Shown here piece after piece: positions 25,892 to 35,955 of a stretch of 64,000 nucleotides of DNA; positions within the stretch are counted from its first letter, which is position 1, and every line of letters starts with the position of its first letter. This stretch comes from Planctomycetaceae bacterium (GTDB lineage Bacteria; Planctomycetota; Planctomycetia; Pirellulales; Pirellulaceae). The notes under the pieces were generated by a model. That model did no database searches, was not told the DNA's origin, and saw only the letters and a list, made by a program, of their open reading frames with translations. The stretch is from contig JAYVSE010000111.1 in the NCBI GenBank assembly GCA_043775635.1, positions 11,002 to 75,001 on the forward strand. Direction: 5' to 3'. Position numbers and translations under genes: made by a program.

Positions 25892-28057
25892 CTACCTCGC
25901 GAGTCCGTACCGCTCCCGCGAGACCTGTCGGATGATCTTCCCCCGGTGCGGACTCAGGCGGGGCGGTGCGAGCGTCGTCATCGAGAACGTGTGCGGTGCG
26001 CCATCGACCAGAAGGCGGAGATAGCCGTGATACTTCGGAATGTGCATCAAGTCTGCGGGGGTGAGGCCCGCTCCGAGTAGTTCGGAGAGAACTGTCGCAT
26101 CGCGGGGGCCGACGGTCATGCACAGCATCGAGCCGCAGTTGCCGAGAACGCCTGCCAGCGTGGCGGGGTCGAGTTGTTCCAGGAGCTGCGTCGAAAGGAC
26201 GTAGCTTGTGCGGTACTTCCTCGATTCTGCGAGGGCATCGGCCATCGTCGAGTTGCCGGGCGACAGGTAGGAATGAAACTCGTCGATCACGACCACGGCA
26301 TCGGGGCGTTCCTCTTCAGGGACGTTGGCCCGGCTCATGGCCGCGACCTGCAAGCTCGACAGCAGTAGCGAACCGAGCAGCGTGGACGCATCGTGACCGA
26401 CCGTCCCCTTCGACAGATTGCAGAGCAGAATCTGTGACCGGTCAAGGATTGGTCGGAGTTGAATCCCCTTCTCGGTCGCACCGAGTATCGCCTGCAACCG
26501 TTCGTTGGTGGTGAATGCACCAAGTTTGTTTTGCAGGCTGGCGAGATACTGCGTGCGATCCCGTTCGTTCCAGCGGTCGAACTCGGTCAGCCAGAACGAC
26601 TGCACGGCGGGGTTCGTGACAGCGGCCACGACCGATTTGCGGTAGTTCGCGTCGGTCAGCAGCCGCTGCACGGTGATGAGCGATGCGTCGCGACGACCGA
26701 TCAGGGACAACAGGCTGTTTCGAAAGATGTGGAGCAATCGCGGGGCAGTTGCTTCGTCGAACCCGAACACGTTCTTGAACGCGGTCAGTACGCCGTCCGC
26801 AATCAGGGTCGGATCACTTCCGGTGGGACCGATCAGCGGATTGAAACCGACCGGAGCCAGACGGTCACTGGCATCGAACAGGATCACCTCATTGGTGCGT
26901 CGTGGCGGAATGCAGTCCAAGACTTCCTCGACCAGTTGGCCGTGAGGATCGACCAGCACGACTCCCCGGTTTTGTTCGATCTGTTGCAGGACGATGGTTT
27001 GCAGGAAATTGCTTTTGCCGGAGCCGGTCTTACCGACGACGATCAGGTGCCGTCGCAAATCATCGAGCTGAATGCCGAACTGGTCTCGTTGCTGACGGAA
27101 CTGCACTCGACCGAGCAGTGTCACGGGCCGATGGGGTGACGGGGCGGGCAATCGAAGCGGTGGTTCGACTTCGCGGAAGCGTGATGCTTCAACTCGGGCA
27201 ATGGCCCGCTCGGTGTCGGCGAGCGGATGCCAAAGCGATGAGACTTCAGCCGATGTGAGCAAGAACCCTCGTTGATGTTGAGAACGAAAGGCCACCGTGA
27301 TGAAGGCTGATTCGCCGGTCGCGAATTGTCCGAAGGCCCCGGCGATCTCGCGGAGTTTGCGGCGGGCGAACTCTTCGGCTTCGATGGGGGCGGTGACTTC
27401 GATTCTCAAGCGGCACTCGAAGAGTGGGGCGGTCAGTTTCTCGCTGGGTTGAGGTTCGTGAACCGAGCGGCTGATCGCTCGAAGCAGCAACCACGACAGG
27501 AAACGTCGTCCCCATTGCGGATGCGTTGCGAGGGCGAGATAGCGGTGACGCAATTCGTGGGAGAAGAACCGCCGGGCGGACTGCCGATGAATTCCTTCGG
27601 CATGGTGAATCGTGCGATGTGATGCGGGCTTCAAACTCAGTCGGACGGCACACTCAATCCGGCCCGATCGTCCGGTACGCAAGGCCGAGAAGAGTGGGCC
27701 GAGCGGATCGAGGAACCTGCCGGCCACGCTGTCTCGAAACGAGTCCGATGTGCGCAGCGTGAAGATGTCGGGCGTCCACCAGAGTTCTCCAGCCCAACAG
27801 TGTTGAGCGTGACGTGAGGCGGTCTTATCGAGCGGAATGATGGAACTGCCGGGATAGGCGTCGAGCAGGGCTTCGCGGAATAGTGCCCGCAGTTCATCCG
27901 GGCACTCAATCGCCAGTCCGACTTCACCCCGATCCGTGCGGACCTGCAACTCGATCCCCCGTCGTGAGGGGTCGGCCCGGTGCAACAACCGCAGCAGCGA
28001 TTCGGTGTAGGCCGGGCCGCGTTCGTTGTCCGCCGGTGGTCGGATGGAAAGTCGCAT
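25892..28057 (-). CDS. TraD/T4CP-like P-loop ATPase (FtsK/HerA superfamily)
   Basis: Walker A LIVVGKTGSGKSN, Walker B AVVVIDEFHSYL, then RKYRTSYVLSTQLLEQL. ATG at 28057 is preferred over the TTG at 28075. Confidence 0.8.
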   Translation of the reverse strand: MRLSIRPPADNERGPAYTESLLRLLHRADPSRRGIELQVRTDRGEVGLAIECPDELRALFREALLDAYPGSSIIPLDKTASRHAQHCWAGELWWTPDIFTLRTSDSFRDSVAGRFLDPLGPLFSALRTGRSGRIECAVRLSLKPASHRTIHHAEGIHRQSARRFFSHELRHRYLALATHPQWGRRFLSWLLLRAISRSVHEPQPSEKLTAPLFECRLRIEVTAPIEAEEFARRKLREIAGAFGQFATGESAFITVAFRSQHQRGFLLTSAEVSSLWHPLADTERAIARVEASRFREVEPPLRLPAPSPHRPVTLLGRVQFRQQRDQFGIQLDDLRRHLIVVGKTGSGKSNFLQTIVLQQIEQNRGVVLVDPHGQLVEEVLDCIPPRRTNEVILFDASDRLAPVGFNPLIGPTGSDPTLIADGVLTAFKNVFGFDEATAPRLLHIFRNSLLSLIGRRDASLITVQRLLTDANYRKSVVAAVTNPAVQSFWLTEFDRWNERDRTQYLASLQNKLGAFTTNERLQAILGATEKGIQLRPILDRSQILLCNLSKGTVGHDASTLLGSLLLSSLQVAAMSRANVPEEERPDAVVVIDEFHSYLSPGNSTMADALAESRKYRTSYVLSTQLLEQLDPATLAGVLGNCGSMLCMTVGPRDATVLSELLGAGLTPADLMHIPKYHGYLRLLVDGAPHTFSMTTLAPPRLSPHRGKIIRQVSRERYGLAR

Positions 28058-28322
28058 GACGGAACGAGTGGGCAAGTGATCTCAAGTGCTTCCCGCTCCC
28101 TTCGACGGAACGCCACTTCGGGAGCGGGCCCGTCGGAACTCGCGCCCGCATCGGCTCTCGCGTCCCGGAACATCCGAGTGTTTTCGGCTCGGTTCCGTCG
28201 GGGGTACTGAAGAGACGCCACCTCATTCGGCAACTCTGACGGACGTTTGGCGGGGGATGCGAGTGTCCGCGCAATGACGAACGGGCCGGGTCGAGCGAAA
28301 GTGGATCGAAGGGATGTCCACT

Positions 28323-29225
28323 TTAGCAGACGCTGGTGGTGATCGTCACTTGGCGGGGCCTGGCCCTTGTGGTGGCTCGCATGTTCGGTACGAGTGACCG
28401 CTTCAGTCCGCGATGATCGGTGAGAAGCGCCTCCCCACATGGATCATCGTTGCTCAGATATTCGTCCAAGCTGACGCCGACGAAGACAGTGCGCTGCGGG
28501 TTTTTCATGACTCGGCTCGCGAGGTCGAGGATGTGAGTCAGCCGGTCCCGGCTGCGGGTGGTGACGAACAGCACGAGATACCGTTGCGGGTCGAGGGCTG
28601 CGAACTGCGATTGATGAGCGTCGTAGCCCCGCAACTTGCGTTCGATCGACTCGACATCGAGTCGCGAGCGGACACGCTCCGTCCCGTTGTCGAGTTCCAC
28701 GCAAAAGTGAAACGACCGGCCATCGGGAGTGTGCAACTGGAACGCACAGTCGGGCACCACGCTGAATCCTCCCGCCTCCAGCATGACGCTGTTCTCACGG
28801 GCGAAGTGCCGCACGGCAATCCCCCGCCGATGAGCGGCCAAGAACGTCTGCACGAGGAAATTCCCCAGGCACCGCGTGTGATGATGGTGTCCGGGGGCGA
28901 TGGCCTCGAAAAACCGCCGTGATGGCAATGCCGCCTCGTCCCCTTGGAGCCATTGATAGCCCGCACGGGTCAGCTTCCAGTAATGCGGTGCCCCGCCTCG
29001 CCCCACGGTCGCGAGCGGCCAGCTCTGAAGCAGCCCCGCCTCGCGAAGTTGCTGCAACCGACGACGGAGCAGCCGCTCCTGCGTGAACGGTTCGGCGAAT
29101 GTGGCACTCAGCCGATACAGTTGATCGGTCGTGAATGGGTGCCGGTCAATGGCCTCGAAGACTGCCACGTCTCGCGGCGTGAGCTGACATCGGGGGCCGT
29201 GATGGCGAGCGATTCGCGTTGGCAT
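28323..29225 (-). CDS. Replication-relaxation family protein (wHTH N-terminus)
   Basis: QLTPRDVAVFEAIDRHPFTTDQLYRLS...LLRRRLQQLREAGLL is typical of the Replic_Relax family. ATG at 29225. Confidence 0.65.
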   Translation of the reverse strand: MPTRIARHHGPRCQLTPRDVAVFEAIDRHPFTTDQLYRLSATFAEPFTQERLLRRRLQQLREAGLLQSWPLATVGRGGAPHYWKLTRAGYQWLQGDEAALPSRRFFEAIAPGHHHHTRCLGNFLVQTFLAAHRRGIAVRHFARENSVMLEAGGFSVVPDCAFQLHTPDGRSFHFCVELDNGTERVRSRLDVESIERKLRGYDAHQSQFAALDPQRYLVLFVTTRSRDRLTHILDLASRVMKNPQRTVFVGVSLDEYLSNDDPCGEALLTDHRGLKRSLVPNMRATTRARPRQVTITTSVC

Positions 29226-29283
29226 CGGACTCCCGGCAGTGTAGCGTGAGACCAACTCGGACCCGACCAGTTTCGCTTGCACC

Positions 29284-30492
29284 ATGAACCAAAAGCGTGG
29301 CTACATCGACGGCGTGGATGACCTCATCGCTCAGACTCCGGTCGAGCAGGTGTTGGGCTACTTTCATCAGCCGCTCCCGCAGAAGACAACGGGGGAACAT
29401 CGAATGCCGTGCTGCTTCAACGCAGGCTGTAATGACAGCAGCTACGGGGCGCTCACCATCAATCTGACCGACCCCGCCAGAGTAATCTACTGCCATGTCT
29501 GCCAAGTACGTGGCAACCTCCTCACACTGATTCATGGCCTGACTCAACATCGCCCGCCCACGGGAGGCCGATTGCGTGGTGACGAGTTCAAGGCGGCCAT
29601 CGCGACGCTGCAACAGATTCGTGGCGGTGCCCAGCCAGACCTTTCGTCCGCAGTGAATGCGCCCGTTCCATCTGACACGTCGCCGACGCCTCCGCTGTCC
29701 CTCTCGTCCGAAGAACCGGTCACGGAAAACATCCCGCTCCAGGATCAGGAGAAAACGCGAGGACTCGTCAATCTGTGGGAAGATCTCGTCGTCGAGGTCG
29801 AGCAGATGTCCCCGGCGGCGGCATCCTATTTCCGGGAGCGTCCGTGGCTCACGCCCGAAGTCTGCCGTCAGTGGAAAATGGGCTACCTTCCCCGCGATGG
29901 ACGCAGCCTGTTGCGGGGTCTGATCGTCTATGCCCACACCAACGAGGCGGGCGACATCCTCAGCTACTCGGGCCGCGACCCCGCCTTCGCCGACAAGTGG
30001 AGCGAGTGGGTGCGAGCCGGCCGTCCCGAAAAAACTCGGCCAATGAAACACCGCTACGTGAAGGGCTATCACAAGGGTCTCGAACTCTACGGACAATCGG
30101 CGGATCGTTTGCAGGACCGTCGCCTGAAAGAGTCACTCGGTCGGATCGGTTTGACGGTTGTCGAGGGGATGAACGATGTCATCCGCCTCAACGAACTCGG
30201 TGTGGCGGCCGTCGGCATCTGTTCGAATCAGGCCACGAACGAACAGCTTGAAAAGCTCACCCGCTTCGCCCGTGCCGCCGCCAGCGGTCGCCTCGTCCTG
30301 CTCCCCGATAACGACGAGGAAGGAGAAACCGGCTTCAAGGAATTGCTATGGTCGCTCGCCGAGCGGGGCCTCGATGTCCGTCTCGCCTGGTCACGTCGTT
30401 CGCACGGCGGTCAGTTCAATGGCCGACAACCCGAAGACCTCACACCCGAAGACTGGCAGAGCTTGATGACTCATCTCGCGCGGCCAAGCTGA
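29284..30492 (+). CDS. Primase-like protein: zinc finger plus Toprim domain
   Basis: MPCCFNAGCNDSS...IYCHVCQVRGNLLTLIHGL is CHC2-like. VVEGMNDVIRLNELG...LVLLPDNDEEGETG is Toprim (E...DxD). Confidence 0.75.
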   Translation: MNQKRGYIDGVDDLIAQTPVEQVLGYFHQPLPQKTTGEHRMPCCFNAGCNDSSYGALTINLTDPARVIYCHVCQVRGNLLTLIHGLTQHRPPTGGRLRGDEFKAAIATLQQIRGGAQPDLSSAVNAPVPSDTSPTPPLSLSSEEPVTENIPLQDQEKTRGLVNLWEDLVVEVEQMSPAAASYFRERPWLTPEVCRQWKMGYLPRDGRSLLRGLIVYAHTNEAGDILSYSGRDPAFADKWSEWVRAGRPEKTRPMKHRYVKGYHKGLELYGQSADRLQDRRLKESLGRIGLTVVEGMNDVIRLNELGVAAVGICSNQATNEQLEKLTRFARAAASGRLVLLPDNDEEGETGFKELLWSLAERGLDVRLAWSRRSHGGQFNGRQPEDLTPEDWQSLMTHLARPS

Positions 30493-30742
30493 ACCTCCCC
30501 GTTCCTCTTTTTGAGGGGTCGTCTTTGTTTTCGAGGGGTCTCCCCGCATCATGGGCCGTCGAGGCCCCTCAGAGCGGTCGAGGCGTGATTCGGCTGTCCC
30601 GAACGCGGGAGCTTCCAACAACGCAGCCTCGAAGCCTTGCCAAGTCATGGCGAGGGGTGGGGTCGAGGTGTCGTGACTCAGCGGCGTTGCTTCCGGCACG
30701 GTGAGTGGCGTGCGGCACACCGTCGCGGCTCTGCTTCAGAGG

Positions 30743-30803
30743 CCGCGACCCCCGAGGTTACGCAGCCGCTCAGTCGGCGTTGTCGGAAGCTCGGGGGTCG
30801 CGG
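30743..30803. repeat. 14-bp perfect inverted repeat (ccgcgacccccgag / ctcgggggtcgcgg) with a 33-nt loop, in non-coding DNA
   Basis: Arms at 30743-30756 and 30790-30803, read directly. The repeat lies in the ~600-nt gene-poor stretch between the primase gene and the iterons. Confidence 0.8.
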
Positions 30804-31030
30804 GCGATAGCCTCGCGACGGTGTGCCCTCATCGAGGGGAGCTTCTTCGCTACGCGAAGCGCCGTGCGTGTCGTCTCCGACGATCCGGGGCGTGATCCTC
30901 AACCCGATCCGGGCCGGGATCACTTTTCGCTCCGGTCGAGTGTGCAGCCTGTTCTTCTGTTTGAGGCGTCCCGTGTTCGCTCCGCGAACACTCCCCTGTC
31001 GTTCGTCGTGCAAAACATTTCTGACAAGCA

Positions 31031-31059
31031 GCGGCCTCGGGCCGCCTCTCTTTGTTTTC
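31031..31059 (+). terminator. Intrinsic-terminator-like hairpin with a T-tract
   Basis: gcggcc-tcg-ggccgc (a perfect 6-bp stem) is followed by ctctctttgtttt. No convincing protein gene lies upstream on the plus strand after 30492. Confidence 0.5.
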
Positions 31060-31172
31060 AATTACTTTGATTCAATTTCTTTGGCGTAACCAATGGCCAA
31101 GTCGTTGTTTGCCTTTTCAGCCAAGAAATCTCGATGGACTCACTGTGGGAGCGAAGGCAAACTCTTCAAAAA

Positions 31173-31257
31173 GGTGACGCCAACTGCGGGTCTTCCCCCG
31201 GAATAGGTGACGCCAACTGCGGGAAACAAGCACAAAAAAGGTGACGCCAACTGCGGG
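31173..31257. repeat. Three perfect 18-bp direct repeats GGTGACGCCAACTGCGGG (iterons), putative oriV
   Basis: Copies at 31173-31190, 31206-31223 and 31240-31257, spaced 33 and 34 bp. They lie immediately beyond the 3' end of repA (31279). An AT-rich stretch at about 31046-31135 sits next to them. Confidence 0.75.
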
Positions 31258-31278
31258 TGGGCAGGTCTCATCAATCGT

Positions 31279-32727
31279 TCAATGGTCGCTGTGGTTCCGT
31301 TGCTGCAAGAGCTGGGACAACGATGCGGATGAATCGCCCGCGAACTCGGGATGGTCAGTCCTGAACTGTCGGCTCAAGTGCATCCGAGCAAATCGGTCGG
31401 CATTTGACCGAGCCTCGGACTCCTCCTGACCGTCCGCGTGCAATTGCTGAAAGAGTCGGGTCATGACCGTCTCAAAAGCGTCGCGGGCTTCATTGTGGAG
31501 ATACTGCTCGAACGCGGCCTGTTCGTTCCCAGCTACCATCGACTGCGGACGATCCGCCTGCTTCGCCCGCTCCTGCTTCTGAAGCTCCCGCCACCAGTCG
31601 GGCGGCGTGGTTTTCTGAGTCTTCGCCTGCCGGATGTAGTGCTGAAAGTAGGCGGGGGGCGATTCCTTGATGAGCTTCCGTTCGACTGCCGCGAGCGTGA
31701 TGTCCGACCATTCGGCGATCAGTCGCGGCGAGAACTCGCCCAGTATCCGCCGAATCGTGGCCGGGTCGAAACCGATCTTCTCCAGCGGCTCGACCAGTGG
31801 AGATTCGTCCGCCGTGAAGGTCACTTGAGGCTGCGTCACCCGCTCAAAATACACCCCGCGAGGAAACTGCACGACATGCACACCCTTGGTCCGCTTTGTG
31901 AACAGCCCCCGCACCGAAGTGACACCAGATGGCAGTGCGATGATCTCATTGTCCAGCAGAGTCTGAGCGACACGGACGAGCTTTTGCTTGATCTCCTTCG
32001 TCGCCAGCGTCTCGGCAAACCCTAGCGTGTTGACCCCCAACTGCCGCAACTCGAACGCCGGAGAATGATCGCTCCGCCAGAACATCTTCGACAGCAGCAA
32101 AAACATCCGTCGCGACGCGACATCGAGTTGCCGATACATACCGAAGTCGAATGTGAAACTCCCCGCCACGGCCTCGCAGAACCGAAACCACTGGGCATCC
32201 CACACAAAGTGCCATGCCCGCGATGACGTATCATCCAGCGGTAAACTGTACTTCAACAGACCGAACGCGACTTGGCGATGTTCCCCCCGCAACGGGTCAT
32301 AGAAATGGTCGCTCTCGTACACCACGCCCGCCAATCTCCGGATCGCATCGCGAAACAACTGATACCGATTCCCCTGTTCTTTTCCCGCTTCGATGAGTCC
32401 AAGCTGTCTCAGACACCAGTGCGGCGTGGCATAGAAATCGGCACTCGGCTCGGGCTGGGCGAACGTCAACGCCAGCAACCCGTACAGATACAGTTCGTCA
32501 TTCGGAGACAGGCCAAACGGACAGGCCACGTGGGCCGTGGCCGTCTTGCGATTCCGATGCCGGTCTGTGAAGTCGTAACGGACTTGATGAAGACTTCCCG
32601 CCTGCAATGACTGCGACGCATCCAAGGGGCACAGGGCGTGTTCCACGAGCGTCTGCTGGGCCAGCCCATTCCCCTTCCGAGTCGGTGTCCGTTTCAAGGG
32701 CCGTTGCGGAGTCACAATCGGCGACAT
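31279..32727 (-). CDS. repA: Plasmid replication initiator protein A (RPA family)-like
   Basis: ATG at 32727. QQTLVEHALCPLD...CPFGLSPNDELYLYGLLALTF resembles the RPA-family N-terminus. The adjacent iterons support the call. Confidence 0.6.
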   Translation of the reverse strand: MSPIVTPQRPLKRTPTRKGNGLAQQTLVEHALCPLDASQSLQAGSLHQVRYDFTDRHRNRKTATAHVACPFGLSPNDELYLYGLLALTFAQPEPSADFYATPHWCLRQLGLIEAGKEQGNRYQLFRDAIRRLAGVVYESDHFYDPLRGEHRQVAFGLLKYSLPLDDTSSRAWHFVWDAQWFRFCEAVAGSFTFDFGMYRQLDVASRRMFLLLSKMFWRSDHSPAFELRQLGVNTLGFAETLATKEIKQKLVRVAQTLLDNEIIALPSGVTSVRGLFTKRTKGVHVVQFPRGVYFERVTQPQVTFTADESPLVEPLEKIGFDPATIRRILGEFSPRLIAEWSDITLAAVERKLIKESPPAYFQHYIRQAKTQKTTPPDWWRELQKQERAKQADRPQSMVAGNEQAAFEQYLHNEARDAFETVMTRLFQQLHADGQEESEARSNADRFARMHLSRQFRTDHPEFAGDSSASLSQLLQQRNHSDH

Positions 32728-32735
32728 GTAAAGCG

Positions 32736-33347
32736 TTACTTGGAAGAGCGAAAGAGTCGCGACCAAATTCCCGGTCGCTGGGCCTTCTTCGGAGATTTGT
32801 TTTGAGCCTTCACCACGGGCGGCTTCGCAACGGACTTCATGACATTGGCAGCGTCAGTCGAATTCTTCTGTTCGACGAATGCCTCCGAAGCAACCGGCTG
32901 CGGAGCGGCAATCGCCAGCCGCTGCTGCAACTCCCGCATCAGGACGTTCGACTCCCGCATCCGTTCATTGAGACTCGCAATCTGATCGTCCTTGCGATCG
33001 AGCTGTTTCTCCAGCGTCCGCATCTGTTCGTCCTTGCTCTTGAGTTGCTCCTGCAACACCTGCATGACCAATTCGACGTGTGTCATGACCGGTCCGCCGT
33101 CCGTCACTCCCCCACTCTCCGCCGCATCCTCCTGCGGAAATCGCCTCAACAGAAACTGCCGGTCAATCTTCCAGACATACGGTTCCTTGGCGGCCTTGCG
33201 CCGCTCCACCTCTTCGGCAGACGGCAGGATAAACAAACGATCGACGTGCTGTGGATCGGCCACAATCTCCCGCAACAATCGCTTGATCGTCGATTCCGAT
33301 TTTCCAATGAATTCCCGAGCCTCGCTGACACTGAGATGCTGATCCAT
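32736..33347 (-). CDS. HTH DNA-binding protein (excisionase/MerR-type HTH) with a coiled-coil C-terminus
   Basis: ATG at 33347 gives MDQHLSVSEAREFIGKSESTIKRLLREIV, followed by a heptad-like region (LEKQLDRKDDQIASLNERMRESNVLMRELQQRL). Confidence 0.55.
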   Translation of the reverse strand: MDQHLSVSEAREFIGKSESTIKRLLREIVADPQHVDRLFILPSAEEVERRKAAKEPYVWKIDRQFLLRRFPQEDAAESGGVTDGGPVMTHVELVMQVLQEQLKSKDEQMRTLEKQLDRKDDQIASLNERMRESNVLMRELQQRLAIAAPQPVASEAFVEQKNSTDAANVMKSVAKPPVVKAQNKSPKKAQRPGIWSRLFRSSK

Positions 33348-33981
33348 AGGGGGGAAGAGGGGATACACGCACCGTAGCGCAACACCGAATTGAACGCAAA
33401 TCGAGCTGAATCCCCACTGACACAGTCCTGTTGAACCGGTGTCAAACGGGGGGTGGCATGGCACAGTTCGAGAGGGGAGTCATGGCCGGAGTGCATCGCC
33501 CGTTTAGTTAGGTTCAAAGCGGTTCCGTACCGATTCAATGGACCGGTTCCTGAATGATGTCATGCCCCTCACGAAGTCGGTTCGTATCCGGGCGAAATCA
33601 GGACGCCGAACCAAGGTCACGACTGGCCTCAGGTCACGCCCTGACAGAACGGGGATCAGACCATGAAACCAGCCGACGGTAGGGGACTGAAAAATCATCA
33701 TGTTCAAGGGCTGAACAGCGTACGCAGCGGACAAAGAAGAGGGGAGTCATCGCACCGTTCAACATTGAACCACCACTGTTCGTGAACCCGATGCTCGAAC
33801 GAGGGCAGGGCCTGTTCAGACGCGGGTCAGCATCGAGTCAGTGAATCGGTTCAGGAATAATTTCCTGTCGCCTCAAGACTCGGTTGGGTTTCTTCGTAGA
33901 CTGCGGGAGGGCTCATCCCCGTTGGGTACAGATCGGACGCATGGGACTCCACGCAAGGCTTCAATTTACTTGAGGGCACAC

Positions 33982-34488
33982 ATGGCACGACGCAAGATCG
34001 CCGTCATCGGGAATTCAGGATCGGGTAGGTCGAGTTCCGTGAAGATGCTTGGCGGGGACTTGGCTATTGCCGAGATGGACGTGCATTTCGATACACGAGT
34101 CTCGCCACCGTATGAGCAAGTCTTGAAGTGGATACTTGAGCGAACCGAGGGCCAAAACGTTGTGGACATGAGTGCCCACATACAAATGCTAAGAGACATG
34201 ACGGATGCGAAGCGGAACGCCCTGCATGCGGATCGCTTCAGTCAAATCCTGTTCGTCTATCTGTACAACTCGGACCTGGAGAAGCGCAGACAATTCCTAG
34301 AGCAGCCCAATGCGAGGGGACACAGGAGGAGGCCGGAGAACATCGAGCTCACATTGACATACCACGACGCCGTGTACGAAGCCTGCAAGGATCTCGCGGA
34401 CGTGACCATCAACACTACGCACATTGGCATCGAGGAGGTCGCCACTCTCATCGATGGCCTTCGTCACGCGGTTATCGAGCCTAGTTGA
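33982..34488 (+). CDS. Small P-loop NTPase/kinase-like protein with an atypical Walker A (Arg in place of Lys)
   Basis: ATG at 33982 gives MARRKIAVIGNSGSGRSSSVKMLGG. Confidence 0.5.
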   Translation: MARRKIAVIGNSGSGRSSSVKMLGGDLAIAEMDVHFDTRVSPPYEQVLKWILERTEGQNVVDMSAHIQMLRDMTDAKRNALHADRFSQILFVYLYNSDLEKRRQFLEQPNARGHRRRPENIELTLTYHDAVYEACKDLADVTINTTHIGIEEVATLIDGLRHAVIEPS

Positions 34489-34563
34489 TCGTGTGTTGAG
34501 AGCCAGTGGGTGGGGGTTTCGTACATCCTCCGAAGATGCGGATCGTTCTCCAACAGTCGGTAG

Positions 34564-35625
34564 TCAGGCCGCTTTCCGTTCAAATGACTTCACCAGCCCA
34601 CCCACATAGGGCCGGACGATGATCTGGTCGCGGTCGAGCTTCGGAACTTCTTCGGGAGCCTCACGGATCGGCGGCAGGTGCCCCCGTTCCATGTGTGAAC
34701 GGGTCTTGTTGTAGTAATCGACCCACTGACCGACGATGTGATCCAAGTGCCGGTGGCCGAACAGAATGAACTTGAACAGACACTCGTACTTGATCGTTTG
34801 AATGAAGCGTTCCACCCGTCCGTTCAGATTGGGTGAAGCCACCGGTAGCGCATTGGTGCGAATGCCTTTCGCTTTCAGCGTGGCCACGAATTCCTTGGTG
34901 AACTTCGTGTCCCGGTCGTGCATCAGAATCGAGGGCTTTTCTGTCCGTCCCGCTGTCTGCTCGATGAATGCGTCCGTTTGCTTCACCACCCAGCGGGAAT
35001 TGGGCCGTCCAGTTGAAGGCGAGACGATGACCTCCCGCGTCTTCATGCACAGGAAGGCCAGCAGATAGACGTTGCGAATGCCGCGTGCCGTGATCGTTTT
35101 CACCGAGAAGAAATCGCACGCCCACAACGTCTCGCCGTGACGCTCGATGAAATCATTCCAGGTATCCGACGTGCGATCCGGTCCAGGTTGGAGGCCCTCT
35201 TCCTTGAGGATGTTACGTACCGTTTGTCGGCTGATCCCTTTGATCCCCAGTTTCCTTAGTTCTCCAATGATCCGGGTGTAGCCGAAGCCGGTGACTCTGG
35301 CGATTTCCAAGACCAGATCCCGGATCTCTCGGGGTTTGCGTTGGCCCCCTTTGGGATTCGGAGTTTTCTTGTCGGTCTTCTCGTCCCGACACCAGCGATA
35401 GAAGGTCGAGACCGAGACAATCGTGATCAGTTCTTCAATCGCCCGGCCCAGCGCCTTTCCGAACAACAGCAGTCGCTGACGTTCGTCTGGCCGCGTATGT
35501 ACCTCCGTGCCAAGTCGGCTGCGGAGAATCTTGTTCTCCTCTTTCAAAAACTGAACATACTTCGCGAGTTCGCGATCCGTCGCGGATGCGATCAGGGTCA
35601 GCAAGGGGTGGAATAGTTTGGCCAT
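34564..35625 (-). mobile_element. IS transposase with a retroviral-integrase-type (rve) DDE domain, IS481/IS3 superfamily
   Basis: N-terminal HTH region. WACDFFSVKT (D), LMHDRDTKFT (D), NGRVERFIQTIKYEC (E), YYNKTRSHM. The terminal inverted repeats were not resolved by eye. Confidence 0.85.
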
Positions 35626-35955
35626 CGGCGTATTGTGTGTTTTCTCATTCTGGAAGGGATTTCACATTCCTTGTACCGCGCTAAGAGCTGGGAAAACCGC
35701 CGGTTCACGAGCGAATTTCTGGCGACTTGAAAAGCCGTCTTCGTGACGTGTTACAGGCCGCACAATGCGGCCAGTCTTGGTACGCGAAGATGTCTGCGTG
35801 GGGCTGCGATTCGCTCTGACGCGGCTGCGCACTTTTCCAAAACAGCGGCCTGCATTTCCCCCTACGAATCCCCCCACTAACACGCGAAATCTGCGTTTGA
35901 GCAACGCCTCCTCCAAGCATGGTAAAAATGAAAGCCCCTGAAAACAGGGGCTTTC

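Noticed and set aside
29146-30096. 316-aa ORF on the minus strand
   Set aside because: It is antisense to the primase-like gene, which has zinc-finger and Toprim motifs. It also overlaps the replication-relaxation gene start.
30705-31070. 121-aa (plus strand) and 127-aa (minus strand, 30678-31061) ORFs in the structured region
   Set aside because: They are mutually overlapping Arg/Ser/Gly-rich ORFs running through inverted repeats and the terminator hairpin. Neither has a convincing start context.
31173-31257. Possible mini-CRISPR array (three identical 18-bp repeats)
   Set aside because: The repeats are too short, the spacers are only 15-16 nt, there are only three units, and there are no cas genes. 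Their position beside repA and an AT-rich stretch fits iterons.
33504-33734. 76-aa ORF in the 630-nt gap between the HTH gene and the P-loop gene
   Set aside because: It has no RBS, a basic low-complexity product, and sits in a region with scattered short repeats (cggttc...). It is more likely non-coding regulatory DNA, but I cannot assign a function.
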